The notes beneath the pieces were generated by a model. That model was not told the origin of the DNA. It did no database searches and saw only the letters and a program-made list of their open reading frames with translations. The translations under genes and the position numbers were made by a program. A stretch of DNA of 64,000 nucleotides from Eledone cirrhosa (lineage: Eukaryota): positions 17,608,001 through 17,672,000 of the forward strand of contig OZ024761.1 in assembly GCA_964016885.1 (NCBI GenBank), in the 5' to 3' direction. Below, one piece after another: positions 38,821 through 53,366 of this stretch; the first letter of the stretch is position 1; each line of letters opens with the position of its first letter.

Positions 38821-39106
38821 CTGACTGGAACTAAACACTGTTATCTAACACCACCAACATAATATGCTGAAAATAGACCCCAGGGGTGGGGGTGGAGGGA
38901 GTACACAGACAACCACCAACCAGCAGTCTCTAATTGAAGAATTAATTAATGTTTTATATTTTAATTTCATTTTGGTAAAGATATATATATATATATATAT
39001 ATAAATATATATATATGTCTAGCCCATGCTAGCGTGGAAGATGGATGTTAAACGAAGATGATGATGATATATATATCCAATAGTGACCTACTTATATGTT
39101 TGATTT

Positions 39107-39158
<52 letters not shown>

Positions 39159-39160
<2 letters not shown>

Positions 39161-39259
39161 GAGGATGCTCCCCCCAAAATGTATACACACTTCAACAGCA
39201 TTCTAATAAATATTGCCTGTACAGGTAATCAAAGTGTGTATACATTTTTTGGGACACCC

Positions 39260-39263
<4 letters not shown>
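39159..39263. mobile_element. Short Tc1/mariner-type MITE
   Basis: Imperfect inverted ends (CAGAGGATGCTCCCCCCAAAATGTATACACACTT and AAGTGTGTATACATTTTTTGGGACACCCTG). Confidence 0.6.
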
Positions 39264-39300
<37 letters not shown>

Positions 39301-39343
39301 TAACATCAAAGGAATTCTTTGGTACAGTAAGATAAATTTGTAA

Positions 39344-39548
39344 AAAGGGGAAGAAGGACTTCACTGATGGTTGGTGTTCTTTAATTATTCAAATCTTTAC
39401 AATAAGTTGTTATTGATCTTAGTTCTGGTAAGTCCTTGTTAACTTCTGTGGAGGACTTACCAGAACTAAAATCAATAACAACTTATTGTAAAGGTTTGAA
39501 TTATTAAAGAACATCAACCACCAGTAAAGTCCTTCTTCCTCTTTTTTT
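39344..39548. repeat. Long inverted repeat (~95-bp arms) between TA tracts
   Basis: GAAGAAGGACTT...GTTCTGGTAAGTCC and GGACTTACCAGAAC...AAGTCCTTCTTC. Confidence 0.85.
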
Positions 39549-40038
39549 CATATACATACCATCATATACATACACACACACACACACACACATATATATA
39601 TTCATCGATTGGCAGTATCGGTAGAGGGTCGGACGCCATGCTTTGACGCATAGAATTACGGCCCTTTCCATTCTGAGTTCAAATCTCGCCGAGGTCAACT
39701 TTGCCTTTCATCCTTACAGGGTCGATAAAATAAAGTACCAGTAATGTACTGGGTAATTGCTGGCTTTGTGCCAAAAGTAGAAACAATTATTAAGGCTAAA
39801 AAGTGAGTCTTGTTACTCTGTAGTTTCACCAGTTTATTACACCGTCATCTGACAAGAATGGACATTCTTGATGATTTCAAATGACTGAAACAGTTCTAGT
39901 CCTGTAGATATCACTTCTACATGAAATATATATATATATATATGTGATGGCTGCCCCTTTGTTATTGAGTATGGCCATAATATATATATATATATATATA
40001 TGAACACGCATCCATGTATATAGGTAAATATCTATACT

Positions 40039-40093
<55 letters not shown>

Positions 40094-40154
40094 AATATGT
40101 AAATATACATACATGCAGGTATATATGTATTTGTATATGTGTGTGTGTGTGACA

Positions 40155-40184
<30 letters not shown>

Positions 40185-40185
<1 letters not shown>

Positions 40186-40400
40186 TTATTTATTAAAATA
40201 ACAGATTAAAGTTTAAGCAAAGAATCGCTGCTTTCACACTTAACGGGATCCCGTTAAGGGTGAAAGCAGCGATTCTTTGCTTAAACTTTAATCTGTTATT
40301 TTAATAAATATTTGCTCTACGGTTCTTATATATTTGATATATATTTATCCATATCGAGCCCTCTTTGGATTTTAGTCTTCAAATTTATTATTATTACTAT
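40185..40400. mobile_element. Palindromic (probably Penelope-like) element in (TA)n
   Basis: Near-perfect palindrome centred on GGGATCCC (~40251). Inverted second copy at 49360-49582. Confidence 0.7.
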
Positions 40401-40403
40401 ATA

Positions 40404-40465
<62 letters not shown>

Positions 40466-42036
40466 TTGAATGCATCCATGCTAGGGAATGTCCTCAAAGA
40501 TTTTTAATTAATCACATCACCACCTTCACTACTACTACTATTTACTCAATCCCCCATCACTGCTACTACCACCACCATCACTACAACCATCACCTCTACC
40601 ACCACCACCACCTCTACCACCACCACCGCTACCACCACCACGAGCCCAGTACTTAATTCAGTCCTACACCATTGATCTGTTATTGTAACTAACACAGACC
40701 AGTCTAGCATGACGTGACTTGAATATATCATTTCAGTTAACAGAAAAACATCTTTGTGCATTTCTTTTTCTTTTCTCCTTTTTTTTTTGTATACACTCTG
40801 TAAAGCTGTTGGTGATGGTGCCATGATAAAATACACCCAGTACACTCTGTAAAGTAGTTGCTGATGGTGCCATGATAAAATACACCCAGTACACTCTGTA
40901 AAGTGGTTGGTGATGGTGCCATGATAAAATGCACCAGTACGTTCTGTAAACTGGTTGGTGATATAGGGTAGAGAAGGCTGTTTAGTCAGGCTGAGTACAT
41001 GACAACCTTTTTAGTGGTGGTACCACATTAAAATACACCCAGTACACTCCGTAAAGTCATAGTGTTAGTACCACAATAAGATCTAAATTTGCAAATATAA
41101 ATACTTGGACAAATCATGTGTTGTATTCTGGAGGAGTTACTGGGTGTTTCCTGGTGTCTTACAACATAGTCACACTCATCCAGGTGATCCAACTACAGGA
41201 GACATCATCAGTGTTGTATCTTGGAGTCACTGGGTGTTTCCAGAGGGGGTCTTACAACATAGTCACCTTCGTCCAGGTGACCCAGTGGATGCCTTCTCTG
41301 CTGCTTCCACATTGTTTTTGAGGGTTCTTTCTATTGTTATTTTTTGTAATTTAGGTCCTAAAAATACTTTATTAATTAACTTCCTGTACTGCATGAAACC
41401 GCATTAGGAAACATTTTTGAAAAGTAGCAAATAGCGCAATGACTGCATCACATGAAAAATGAAAGTCTTTACTTTAGTTTACTGCAAGTCTTCATGATGG
41501 CTAGCCCACTAGGTGGATTGGCAGTATCGGTAGAGGGTCGGACGCCATGCTTTCCAGCATAGTTACGTCCCTTTACGATCTGAGTTCAAATCCCGCCGAG
41601 GTTTACTTTGCCTTTCATCCTTACGGGGTCGATAAAATAAAGTACCAGTAATGCACTGGGTAATTGCTGGCCTTGTGCCTAAAGTAGAAACAATTATTAA
41701 TTTCCTGTTTATCCATGGCATGATGGAACCTTTACGACACAATCAGGAGTTATGAGTCTTTACATCATCATCATCATTTAATGTCCATCTTCCATGCTAG
41801 CATGGGTTAGATGGTTTTTGTTCCATTTGATGTGGATTGGTTGGGAGGCTGTGTCTCGCTCATACGAAACTGTCTCTGGCAAGTTCTCTATGGCTGGATG
41901 CCCTCCCTAACACCAACACATTTACAGTGTGGACTGGGAGCCTTTTTACCATGTCTCCTACATGACCATTTTACAGTGTACACTGGGTGCATTTTGTTGT
42001 GTCACCGACACTGTGGATCGAAATGGTAGGATGGGG

Positions 42037-42343
42037 GTTTCCCAACGTGGTGCGCACGCCCCACAAGGCGTGCAATTCGAATATTCAAGGGATGCAATTT
42101 GAAAATGATCTTAATGTGAACAAACTTCAGGTTTTTACCTTATTACTTTTACACCAAGGCAACTTTGGAACAAATTACTGTCGGAAACTCCTGTCTCACC
42201 TCTTCCACACATTATTGTGCATCTGGCATCACCTATATGCCAATTTGTTTACAAATCATCGCTGCTTTTATATCAAAGTGGGGCATACAAATGATTGGGA
42301 TGTTGAAGTAGCGCAAGGAGCACAACATGTTGGGAACCACTGA
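42037..42343 (-). mobile_element. hAT-like DNA transposon remnant
   Basis: End reads CAGTGGTTCCCAAC on the minus strand, with a TTCCCAAC echo at about 42040. No intact ORF. Confidence 0.4.
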
Positions 42344-42432
42344 TATATATATGTTTATCCATAGCATGACGGCACCTCTTCGACACCAGCAAGAGTTATG
42401 AGTCCTTACATATATATATATTTTCATTGATA

Positions 42433-42572
<140 letters not shown>

Positions 42573-42839
42573 CATATTTATCCATGGTACGATGGCACTT
42601 TTACGACACCATCAGAACTTATAGGTCCTTATATATATATATAAGAGATATTTAATTTGTTGGAAATCCAACAAATATAGATATTTACAACTGATCCAAA
42701 GCACTCGACAGATTTCAGAAGAGAAATCTTGCAAAACAACTATAAAAGCAAAAATGAATATATATATATATATATATTCATTTTTGCTTTTATAGTTGTT
42801 TTGCAAGATTTCTCTTCTGAAATTGTGTGTTGAAACAGA

Positions 42840-43262
42840 TATTGTTATACTTTGGGAGGGTCATGCTGCCAATAAAAACACATGCACCTGTTGGGCTTCA
42901 CTTCGATTTATTATAAACTCCCAGTTGGTTAGTTTAATAACCGGATCGTCGTTTATTGTCAAAGCTCTTTTGTCACACATTCTGTGACCTCCTCTGACTA
43001 ATTTGTTATTTTGTGTCTCTGCTTTGTTCTAACCTACATAAAAACAGGATGATTTAGGACAGAACAAAGGAAAGACAAAAAATAACATATTAGTTACTGA
43101 AGAGGTCTCAGAATATGTGACGAAAGAGCTTTGACAATAAACAAATAAACAACCATCCTGTTATGAAACTAACCAACTGGGAGTTTATAATAAATCGAAG
43201 TGAAAACCAACAGGTGCATGTGTTTTTATTGGCAGCATGACCCTCCCAAAGTATAACAACAT
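42840..43262. mobile_element. Inverted pair of Penelope-like terminal repeats
   Basis: Both arms are homologous to 9470-9655, which is linked to a PLE RT remnant. The right arm carries a hammerhead motif at 43093-43135. Confidence 0.8.
43093..43135 (+). ncRNA. Minimal hammerhead ribozyme motif (same family as 9610-9652)
   Basis: GUUA-CUGAAGA-GGUCUCA..UGUGAC-GAAA-GAGC-UU-UGAC. Confidence 0.55.
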
Positions 43263-44460
43263 ATATGTTTATCCAAGGCACCTATATGACACCCTTACAA
43301 CACCATCAGGAGTTACAGCTCTATATATGTTACGGGTCCATATATATTAGATGAGGGCTATGTTGTAACTTTCAGTCTATCTACCTCTTCTGTCACCTTG
43401 GAAATCCAAGGCGTTCCCACTTCTCTCTATATATGTATATGAGGGCAACGTCGTAACTTTCTGTCACCTTGAAAATATATGGTGTTCCCTTTTCTCTCTC
43501 TAACTATATTCATATCTCTCTCTTGGTGCTCCCCTTCTCTATATAAAGTGAGCGTGACGGACAGACAGACAGACAGCGCTCTTATAATATAGATTTACAC
43601 CAATATCTCTCTTTCTATATATATATATATATATATATATGTTAATTTTCTGAAAAATAATTATCTGCTTACCAACAATAAACACATCTTATTTGTGGTT
43701 TAGACATTTTAGCTTGAGATACTCAGTAAAAATGTTGGCTGTGTCAGTGTCTGTGTGTGTAATTGCATGTGTGTGTGTGTCAGTGTTTGTATCTGTATGT
43801 GTGTCAGTGTATAATTGCATAAGCGTGTCTGTGTGTGTGTAATTGCATGTGTATTTGTGTGTCTGTGTGTGATTGTATGTGTATATGTGTATCCGTGTGT
43901 GTGTATGTGTATATGTTTATCCGTGTGTTTGTGTGTGTCTGTGTGCAATTGCATGTTTATCTGTGTGTGTGTGTGTGTAGTTGCATGTGTATATGTTTAT
44001 CTGTGTGCGTAATTGCATGTGTATATATGTATGTGTGTCTGTCTCTGTGTGTAATTGTATAAATGTGTATATGTGTATATGTGTATTTATGTATGTAAGT
44101 TTAAGTCTAATTATAGTTGAATTTCTGGCAGTTGTATATAACACACCTGATACATCCGCCATCTTCCCCAGAATATACAGGAGCCAACCAGGGAACTGCC
44201 TCTACCTGCTAGAAATAGCAGTTAAGTCACCTTCAAATCTCACACTCTTCTGTTTATATGTAAGGACCTGTGATGGAACTACCTCTACCTGCAGGAAAAG
44301 GCAGCTAAATCCCCCTCAAATGTTCTGTCTATATGTAAGGAGCAAGTAATGCAACTGCCTCTACATGCTCACTGGGCAGGTTAGAAATAGGAGCAACTAC
44401 TTCCTCAAATCATGCCCTACCGTCATGTGTGTGTATATATATATATATATTCTAGGGCGG

Positions 44461-45170
44461 TTAAAATTCCCGAGATCCATGGACGAGTTCTCTCCAGCGG
44501 TCTCTGTCCCTCATTATCGCTGCCATGTCCTGCATCTCCAACAGACCAGTGTCTGTCCTTAGGGCATCAACATACGTTAACCTTGGTCTTCCTCTTCTAG
44601 TGTGTCCATGTAGGGCTCCCAAAGGAGTACTGAGTGCAATGTCAACTCTGGATGTCGGTGAGCATGTCCAGCTAACCTCAGTCTCCTCTGTGTCACTTTT
44701 GAGCTGACTTTTGGGAGGCTCCCATACAGCTCTGAGTTTTTTCATCCTCAGCATTCTCGTGTAGCACCCATCCACCATCTGAGTGAGTTTCTTGGTCAGT
44801 GTCCAAGTCTCAGACCCGTACAGCAGCACAGGCTCCACTACAGCAATGAAGAGGCGGATTTTCAGGTCTTCACGAAGGTCCGATTTCCACACCGATCTCA
44901 AGCTGTGGCACGCCGCCCAGGCTTTGCTCTTCCTCACAACCACATCATCTTCTGTATTCCCAATCTTTGCTCCCAAATACAGGAAGTCCTCAACCAATTC
45001 CAGCGGCTTCCCGCCTACATTAGTGATCCCCTCTGGCTTCTCAACATTCTCTACCAGATATTTTGTTTTAGTCTCATTCATTCTCAGCCCCACACTCATC
45101 GACACAGTCTCAACCTCCTGCATCAAATCCTTCACTGTATTTGTCACCAAAACTATGTCGTCGGCAAATT
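44461..45170 (-). mobile_element. RTE-clade LINE RT C-terminal fragment (second family)
   Basis: FADDIVL...GLRMNETKTKYL...FLYLG...VLLYGSETWTLT...GRPRLTY. A diverged copy lies at 50683-51380. Confidence 0.88.
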
Positions 45171-45429
45171 CACACACACACACTTCATAATCATTGCCAC
45201 CGTTTAGTGTCTATTTGCTATGAATCCATTGCATGGGTTAGACGGGATGTCATGTTATATGACCAAACAGGTCAGATGACCACATCTTGCTCATACTCTC
45301 CGTTCTGGGCTTGGTTTTCTACAGCTGGATATCGTTACTAATGCCAACCATCTTACAGAGTGGACAGGGTGCTTTTTGTTATGACACCATGTGTGTATAT
45401 GTATGTATATGTAACTGTATATATATATG

Positions 45430-45462
<33 letters not shown>

Positions 45463-47961
45463 GTGTGTGTGTATGTATATATACATATATATCTACAGTG
45501 ATGTGTGCTGAATGTATCATGGTTCATTATATGGGACTGTTTTGTGTACTTTTAATTATAAACCAGGATCTAAACTACGAAACTATATATATAAACTATC
45601 GGATTGGTCTCCCCTGATATGCAAATAAGGTCACAGGGGCACAGATTTTGGTAGAAATGGGATACTGTAAGTTAATATAGATCAGTGGTGCCCCCACCCA
45701 CCCCCAAAAATATATATATTATGAAGAATGTGTTCCTTTGTTGGGAATAATCTTCTAGAAAATTTCTTTATGTGCCTTCCATATTCACCATTATTTTCCC
45801 TTATTATCCCTTTTGATACCAACCTGCTTGAAATGACCCCTAGTTCTATGATATAAAACTGTTTAACCCTTTTGATTCCCCACCACCAATAAAAAAAAAA
45901 AAATCGCATCTGGTTCTGTGAATCAAAGCCACCTATTTTAAAATGTTCTTATTTAAATTAAAACCTTCCAAAATAGTTTAGTAAAGAAATAGTTAATAAC
46001 TTTAGTAACTCCTTCAAATTTCTTCATTTATCCTTTTGATACCCCTTCACCTCCCCAAAACATTTACTCTGGTTCTATGAAACAAAACCACCCATTTAAA
46101 AGGGTTCCTGTTTAGATTAAAATCTTCCAAAATAGTTTTGTATGTGATCCACATTTTAAGTTACTATCTTAGTAAAGAAATTGTTAATAATTTTATAAAA
46201 GTAAATACCTCAACATTTTTATTTAACCATTTTGATAGCTACCCTACCAAAATTGGTTCTGGTTCTATGAAACAAAATCACCTATATTTAAATTTATATC
46301 TTCCAACATAATTCTATATATATGAACAATATGTTACAATATTATCTTAGTAATGAAATACATAATGATTTCTGTAAATCCCTCAAAATTCTTCATTAAT
46401 TAATTGAAATAAAATGTCTTTCATTAGAAATATGGTAACAGAAGAGTTAATACATACCAAGGATGGCAAACCTTTTTTAAGAAGACGTGCCCTCATTGGC
46501 AATAATAATCTTCTAGAACCCCACCCCATCCTTCATGTGCCTTCACCTCTATATCATTGCCCTCACCTCTATATGACACGTGTGTAAAATTGGTGTCACA
46601 TTTTATGTATTTTCACAAAAACCTTTCTACTTACTTGGTATGTAAATTACCTTTCTGACAATGTATATTGTATATCTGACAGTGTATTTTGTCTCTCTGG
46701 CAGTGCATATTGCCTGTGTAACAGTGTATTTTTGTCTCTGGCAGTGTAGTTTCTCTGTTTAGCAGTGTATTTTGCCTGTCTGGCAGTGTATTTTGTCTAT
46801 TTGGCTGTGTATTGTGTCTGTCTGGCAGTGTATATTGCCTGTGTAATAGTGTATATTACATCTGGCAGTGTATATAATGAGTGACAGTGTATAGTGTGTA
46901 TATTTGATAATATATATATATATATATATTAGTTTTTGTTGTTGTTGTTTCTATTTGTATTTTACTAACAATTTTTATTTGCTGGACAAATTTTTTGAAT
47001 GCCTTTTTGTATTTGGTTAACTGCTAAAAAAAAACCCAAAACAAAAACCTAAATTAATGTCAATAATTTAAGGTATTTAATCTTTCTATACATATATAAT
47101 TTGATACATATTGTTCTATTTTTACTCCATATTCGTAATTAATCAATCAGAAGATTGCTGATTACTTTTGTTGTTGTTGTTGTTGTTTTTCCTTGACCCT
47201 ACCTTTGTTTATATTCTGGCTATGGGTTTGACATGTATCACTTTGTAATCTGATCGATTGATTGTTTCGTGTCTTACATAGAGTAGAACAACCCATGAGT
47301 AAGCAGTGGAGATTTGATCCCAGCTTAAGATATTCATAATGAGACCCAGCTATGTTTGATACCCATAAACATATATATACATATATATATATATATAAAT
47401 TACAGAATAATCAAAACTATGTTCAAATGTTTTGAACATAGTTTTGATTATAATAATAATGAAATTATTGTGTACAGTGCTCAGGTGCACTACAACTCAT
47501 CAAATGTACATGTATAGTACATAGAATAATGTACAAATGTCAGGAAAATGAACAGTGTACGAGTCATGATATAATAACAATAACAATTGTTATTATATCA
47601 TTCTGTAATTTATATTCCAGCTCTGTAAAACATCTGATGTATTTACATTGAGCTATTTTTCTTACTGGTAATAAGGTAGTATTGAATTACTGACCTTTCC
47701 TGTTTATAATTATATATAGTGTATATATAAGTCTAAATAATATTATTATTATTATATATATATATATGTACATAGTCAGCCTATGAACTTTTCAGCTGAC
47801 CCTCTTATTTATATATATATATATTTATATATAATGTAGGAGGTGAGTTTTATTGTAGTACAATAAAGCAATGCAGATATCGGATAAGTAGCACTCTACA
47901 GTTTGTAGGACTGGAGTATAAATAATATATAAGATCAAAAGATGGTTAAAAGAGTTCCATG

Positions 47962-48032
47962 TATTTTATTATGCGCATTTCAAAAACAAATATCATCATG
48001 CGATGACATTTGCGTTTTCGTCAGATAAAATA
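47962..48032 (-). ncRNA. Type-I hammerhead ribozyme motif (left arm of inverted repeat)
   Basis: Reverse complement of 48109-48179. Confidence 0.8.
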
Positions 48033-48108
48033 GGGAGACATGATATGATATGTTGATTTAAAACTGCACTATTCACAAGTGTTTTTTAACCTTCATATCA
48101 TGTCTCCC

Positions 48109-48179
48109 TATTTTATCTGACGAAAACGCAAATGTCATCGCATGATGATATTTGTTTTTGAAATGCGCATAATAAAATA
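48109..48179 (+). ncRNA. Type-I hammerhead ribozyme motif (right arm of inverted repeat)
   Basis: UAUUUUAU-CUGACGA-AAACGCAAAUGUCAUC gcau GAUGAUAUUUGUUUUU-GAAA-UGCGCA-UA-AUAAAAUA: 8-bp stem I, 16-position stem II with one mismatch, intact core. Confidence 0.82.
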
Positions 48180-48207
48180 CATGGAACTCTTTTAACCATC
48201 TTTTGAT

Positions 48208-48246
<39 letters not shown>

Positions 48247-48399
48247 CTCTGCAGTTTTTAATACACAACTACATATGTGAGGATATCTTCTTTCCGCAAA
48301 AACAAATTTCGCTTCTGCTTTGAAGGGGTTCACATCAACACTGTATTGAGTTCTAAAATGGTTATAAATCCTCTACTGATTAGAAAGAACACTTATGTG

Positions 48400-48450
<51 letters not shown>

Positions 48451-48833
48451 AAAATGTAAGTCCAAAGAAGTACCTAATTCTGTGTAGTTAACTATTTGTC
48501 TAGTCAATTTCTAGAGGCTAGAAGAAATAATTAGATAAGTGTCATATGGCTGTACATCGCGGAAAATAATCTGTATCATTTGTCTATTATTTCTTCATAA
48601 GTACATTTTAAACTTATAGCCTCATTTAAATGATTTTTTTATGTGGTTGATTTATACTGATTAGGAGAGGAATACTGTATATATTTTATCTAATGATTCT
48701 TTGGACTTACATTTTTATATATAGCTCTGATTAATAATTATTTGCTTAATTAATTCTTCATTGAGCCACACTGAGAATGGTTGCCAAACTCATATATGTA
48801 TCTGTAACTATGTCTAAGTATATATACCCTTTG

Positions 48834-48886
<53 letters not shown>

Positions 48887-49321
48887 TGTGTGTGTGTATA
48901 TATATACACACACAGAGAAATATATATATAGAGAGAATTTTTTTTTTTTTTGCAGTGTCATTATATCTCTACAATGGTGCATTCTGAAGACCTTGGACTT
49001 CTGTGTCTTTCATTTTTTAAGGTTTCATCATCATCATTGTTTAAAATCCACGTTCCACGCTACCATAGGTTCGATGGGTTGTCCCATTTGAGGCAAGTTG
49101 GGTCAGGTGACCGTGTTCTGCTCATACAGAACTGTTTCTGGCTAGGTTTCGACAGGTGGATGCCCTTCCTAATGCTAAACAGATTTATTGTGTGGTCTGG
49201 GTGCTTTTTGTTGTGACACCTACATGACCACTTTACAGGTTTCTCTTTAAAAAGAAATGTTCTTCATTCTGCCTTGTTTTCGTTCGTTGTCTTCCATTTG
49301 TTAATTATCCTAATTTTATTT

Positions 49322-49353
<32 letters not shown>

Positions 49354-49591
49354 TGTATATAGTAATAATAATAAATTTGAAGACTAAAATCCAAAGAGGG
49401 CTCGATAAGGATAAATATGTATCAAATATATAAGAACCGTAGAGCAAATATTTATTAAAATAACAGAAAAGGTTTAAGCAAAGAATCGCTGCTTTCACCC
49501 TTAACGGGATCTTCAGAAGATCCCATTAAGGGTGAAAGCAGCGATTCTTTGCTTAAACTTTTTCTGTTATTTTAATAAATATATATGTATA

Positions 49592-49624
<33 letters not shown>

Positions 49625-50030
49625 GTAAATATCTTTAAGTCGTTTGGAAGCCTCGACAATGCAAATGGGTAAATCTCCGGGTAACAAGATCCGGTGGTGG
49701 AGAGAGAGATGTAAGTGGGTGTACGTTGAGATGCGTAGTGTGTATAAGATGTGTAAGATTTGTAGAAGAATGAAGGGAAGAGTATAAAGGATAAAATAAA
49801 AATAACAACACAAGAGAGAGTTACCTTGGGAGAGATTTAATAGTCCCTATATATTTCTGATTCACATCCATCAACTGGGGTTGTTTTGTTTTTTTCCGGA
49901 GTGGGGAAAGGTTGTCTGTCGGACAGGTGCGAAATGCGTCCTCCGCGGAGGACTTACATCTCTCTCTCCACCACCGGAGATTTACCCATTTGCATTGTCG
50001 AGTCTTCCAAACGACTTAAAGATATTTACT
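49625..50030. mobile_element. Inverted-repeat element in (TA)n
   Basis: About 80-bp arms GTAAATATCTTTAAGTCGTTTGGAAG...GAGAGATGTAAGT and the reverse complement at 49951-50030. Confidence 0.7.
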
Positions 50031-50071
50031 TATTATTCCACAATGCTTCAAGCAAACTTCAATACTCTCTT

Positions 50072-50123
<52 letters not shown>

Positions 50124-50646
50124 GAATAAACATTGATGTCTCTTGTCGAAGCGAGGTGAAAGTATATTAAAATTCATAGAAAAATGAAAAAAACTCAACA
50201 CTAGAATAGCTGTTAAAACAGCCAAATGCTGTCAAAGAGACCAGCAGCCTGCAGTTGGCAGAGAGTCAATCTACGAGGTGGGTGACAAGCAGATGAAAAA
50301 TAGAAATAGAAAAGACCAAGAGAGGAGCAGAGCAAGGAATATATATATATATCACGATAAATTAACGGAGGCATAGGCCCTCGCTATTCCCTGTAAATAA
50401 TGTGCTCAAAGGAGAAGAGATCCTGAGCTCTTTAAAATACAATATGTTGAAAAGGTAACACACCAGAGAGAGAGATATACAGTGCGTTATCAATAAAACA
50501 GGGAAAAAAACCACCATGTATATATATATAGGAAAAGGTTCAGGGCCCCGATGGCAGAGCTCAAGCCATTTCGACGGCTACTACCCAAAGTATCGATCTC
50601 TCTGGTGCATTATGGTCCACCTGGTTCCTTACCACACTTCCTTCGT

Positions 50647-50680
<34 letters not shown>

Positions 50681-50682
50681 GG

Positions 50683-51379
50683 TAAAATTCCTGAGATCCA
50701 TGAATGAGTTCTCTCCTGCAGTCTCTATCCTTCATCACTGCTATGTCCCACTTCTGGAGGCCAGTATCTGTCCTTAAGGCATCAACATGTCATCCTCAGT
50801 CACCCTCTTCTGGTGTGTCCTTGTAGAGGCTCCCACAGGACCACTGAGTGCTGTGTCAATGAGCATGTCCAGCTAACCTCAGTCTCCTCTGTGTCATTTT
50901 CAAGTTGACTTTTGGAAGGCTCCTGTACAGCTCTGAGTCCTTCATCCTTAGTGCATACTGATTAATGTTCACAGCCATCCTCAACATCCTCGTGTAGCAC
51001 CTATCCACCATCTGAGTGAGTTTCTTTATCAGTGTCCAAGTCTCAGACCCGTACAGCAGCACAGACTCCACTGAAGCGATGAAGAGATGGATCTTCAGGT
51101 TTTTATGAAGATCCAACTTCCACACTGCCTTCAAACTGTGGCACGCCATCCATGCTTTGCTCTTTCTCTCCGCTATATCCCCTCTGTATTCCTAATCTTT
51201 GTTTCCAGATACAGTAAGTCCTCAACCAACTCTAACGGCTTCCTGCCCACATTTATAATTCTCTCTGATATTTCTCCACCAGATACTTTATTTTACTCTC
51301 ATTCGTTCTCAGCCCCACACTCATTGACACAGTCTCCACCTCTCCCTTGCATCAACTCCTCTGCCTCCTTCACTATGTT

Positions 51380-51380
<1 letters not shown>
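50683..51380 (-). mobile_element. Degenerate RTE LINE fragment
   Basis: ACHSLKAVWK...SVLLYGSETWTL...RRLRLAGH; paralogous to 44461-45170. Confidence 0.85.
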
Positions 51381-51412
<32 letters not shown>

Positions 51413-52293
51413 TCATCATCATTTTACGTCCACTTTTCCCTGCTTGCAAGGGTGGGAGGGGAACTGATTCTGGCTTGATTTCTACAGCTGGATGCCCTTC
51501 CTAACACCAACCTCATTTATAGTGTGGGCTGGGTGCTTTTTTGCCGTGGCACCTCCACGACCACTTTGCAGTGGAATGATAGGGACCCCACTCCCTATCA
51601 TCTCATTTCTACAGCTGAGTAAACTGGAGCAATGTGAAATAAAGTGTCTTGCTCAAGGAAACAACACACCACCTAGTCTGAGAATTGAACTCACAACCTT
51701 TCGATTGCAAGACCAATGCTCTAACCACTAAGCCATGTGCTTCCATTAAAATTTCTGTAGAACCTAACAGAGATTGAACCCGTAACCAGTATCACCACTG
51801 TCTCCAATATCCACCAATAGGCCACTGAGAATGTTAAATAAATATATATATATATTTATTTCACATTGCTCCAGTTTACTCAGCTGTAGAAATGAGATGA
51901 TAGGGACTGGGGGCCATATCGTTCCACTGCAAAGTGGTCGTGGAGGTGCCACGGCGAAAAAGCACCCAGCACTCACTGTAAATGAGGTTGGTGTTAGGAA
52001 GGGCATCCAGCTGTAGAAATCAAGCCAGAATCAGTTCCCGTCCCACCCTTGCAAGCAGGGAAAAAGCGGACGTAAAATGAAATGATGATGATGATATATG
52101 TATATGTGTGTGTGTGTGTGTGTGTTAAGTATTTCCGTAGAAAAGGTAAAGGAAAGAAGAGTGCTCTAAGAGTACAGAGCTATTTAATTATGTAATAAAA
52201 GTGATATCGGACGTTTCTGTTAGAATCATCGAACTTCGCGAAACCTTGGGTAATGGAATAATTATATTTTGTTTTTTATTACATAATACATAA

Positions 52294-52338
<45 letters not shown>

Positions 52339-52467
52339 AAAACTTAGAAGGGTCAAGGTGCTGTGTGGTTACTAAAAAACGAGTGTTTAGAAATATAAGG
52401 AAAACACAAACAAAAGACAAATCCCCTCTTCAATTGTCTGCTGTGGGTCTCGGGAAGCGTCGAAATG

Positions 52468-52507
<40 letters not shown>

Positions 52508-52528
52508 ATATATATATATATATGTATG

Positions 52529-52589
<61 letters not shown>

Positions 52590-53366
52590 TTTGTCTACCC
52601 TCTATTTTCATTGTGAAATGAAACATTGCAAAGATTATATTTTTCAAAGGCAATGTACATATACTTTACTAATTTTTTTAACCAAAAAAAAAAACAGTTG
52701 AAATATATATAACACAAAAATAAAACCCCAACATAATCATGACAGTGGTTTCTGATTAGGCACAAGGTCAACAATTTGGGAGAGGGGAAAGTCAATTAAA
52801 TCGACACCAGTGCATTACTGGTACTTTATTTTATCGACCCTGTAAGGATGAAAGGCAAAGCTAACCTCGGCGGGATTTGAACTCAGAACATAAAGGGCCG
52901 TAACTCTATGCCACAAAGCAAGATGTCAATGGTCTAGCGATACTGCCAATCCACCGCCCTCGCCTTAATAACAACAACAACAATAACGCTATTCACTATA
53001 AAGCAGTACATGAAATATTTACCAAAAAATAATAAAGATAATTATGAGAAATGATAATATTAATTATTATTGTTATTATATTAATAATAAAAGTAATAAT
53101 TACATGGCATTTTAATGTTTTGTAGTTATTTTTGTATGTATGTCTGTATGTGTATTTGTATGTATGTGTGTGTATTTGTATATATGTATGTATGTGTCTA
53201 TGTGTGTATGTATGTATAAATGTGTGAGTATATGTGTGTACATATGTATGCATATGTGTGTATGTCTATGTATGTGTATGTGTTTGTATGTATGTTTGTG
53301 TGTCTGTGTGTGTATGTATGTATATGTGTCTGTAAATGTGTTTGTATGTATGTTTATATTTATCCA

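Noticed and set aside
36179-38862. Long Y/I/C/V/H/T-rich ORFs (also near 7375-7915, 12078-12626, 43709-44349, 53140-53376)
   Set aside because: Translations of TA/CA/TG microsatellites that lack stop codons by composition.
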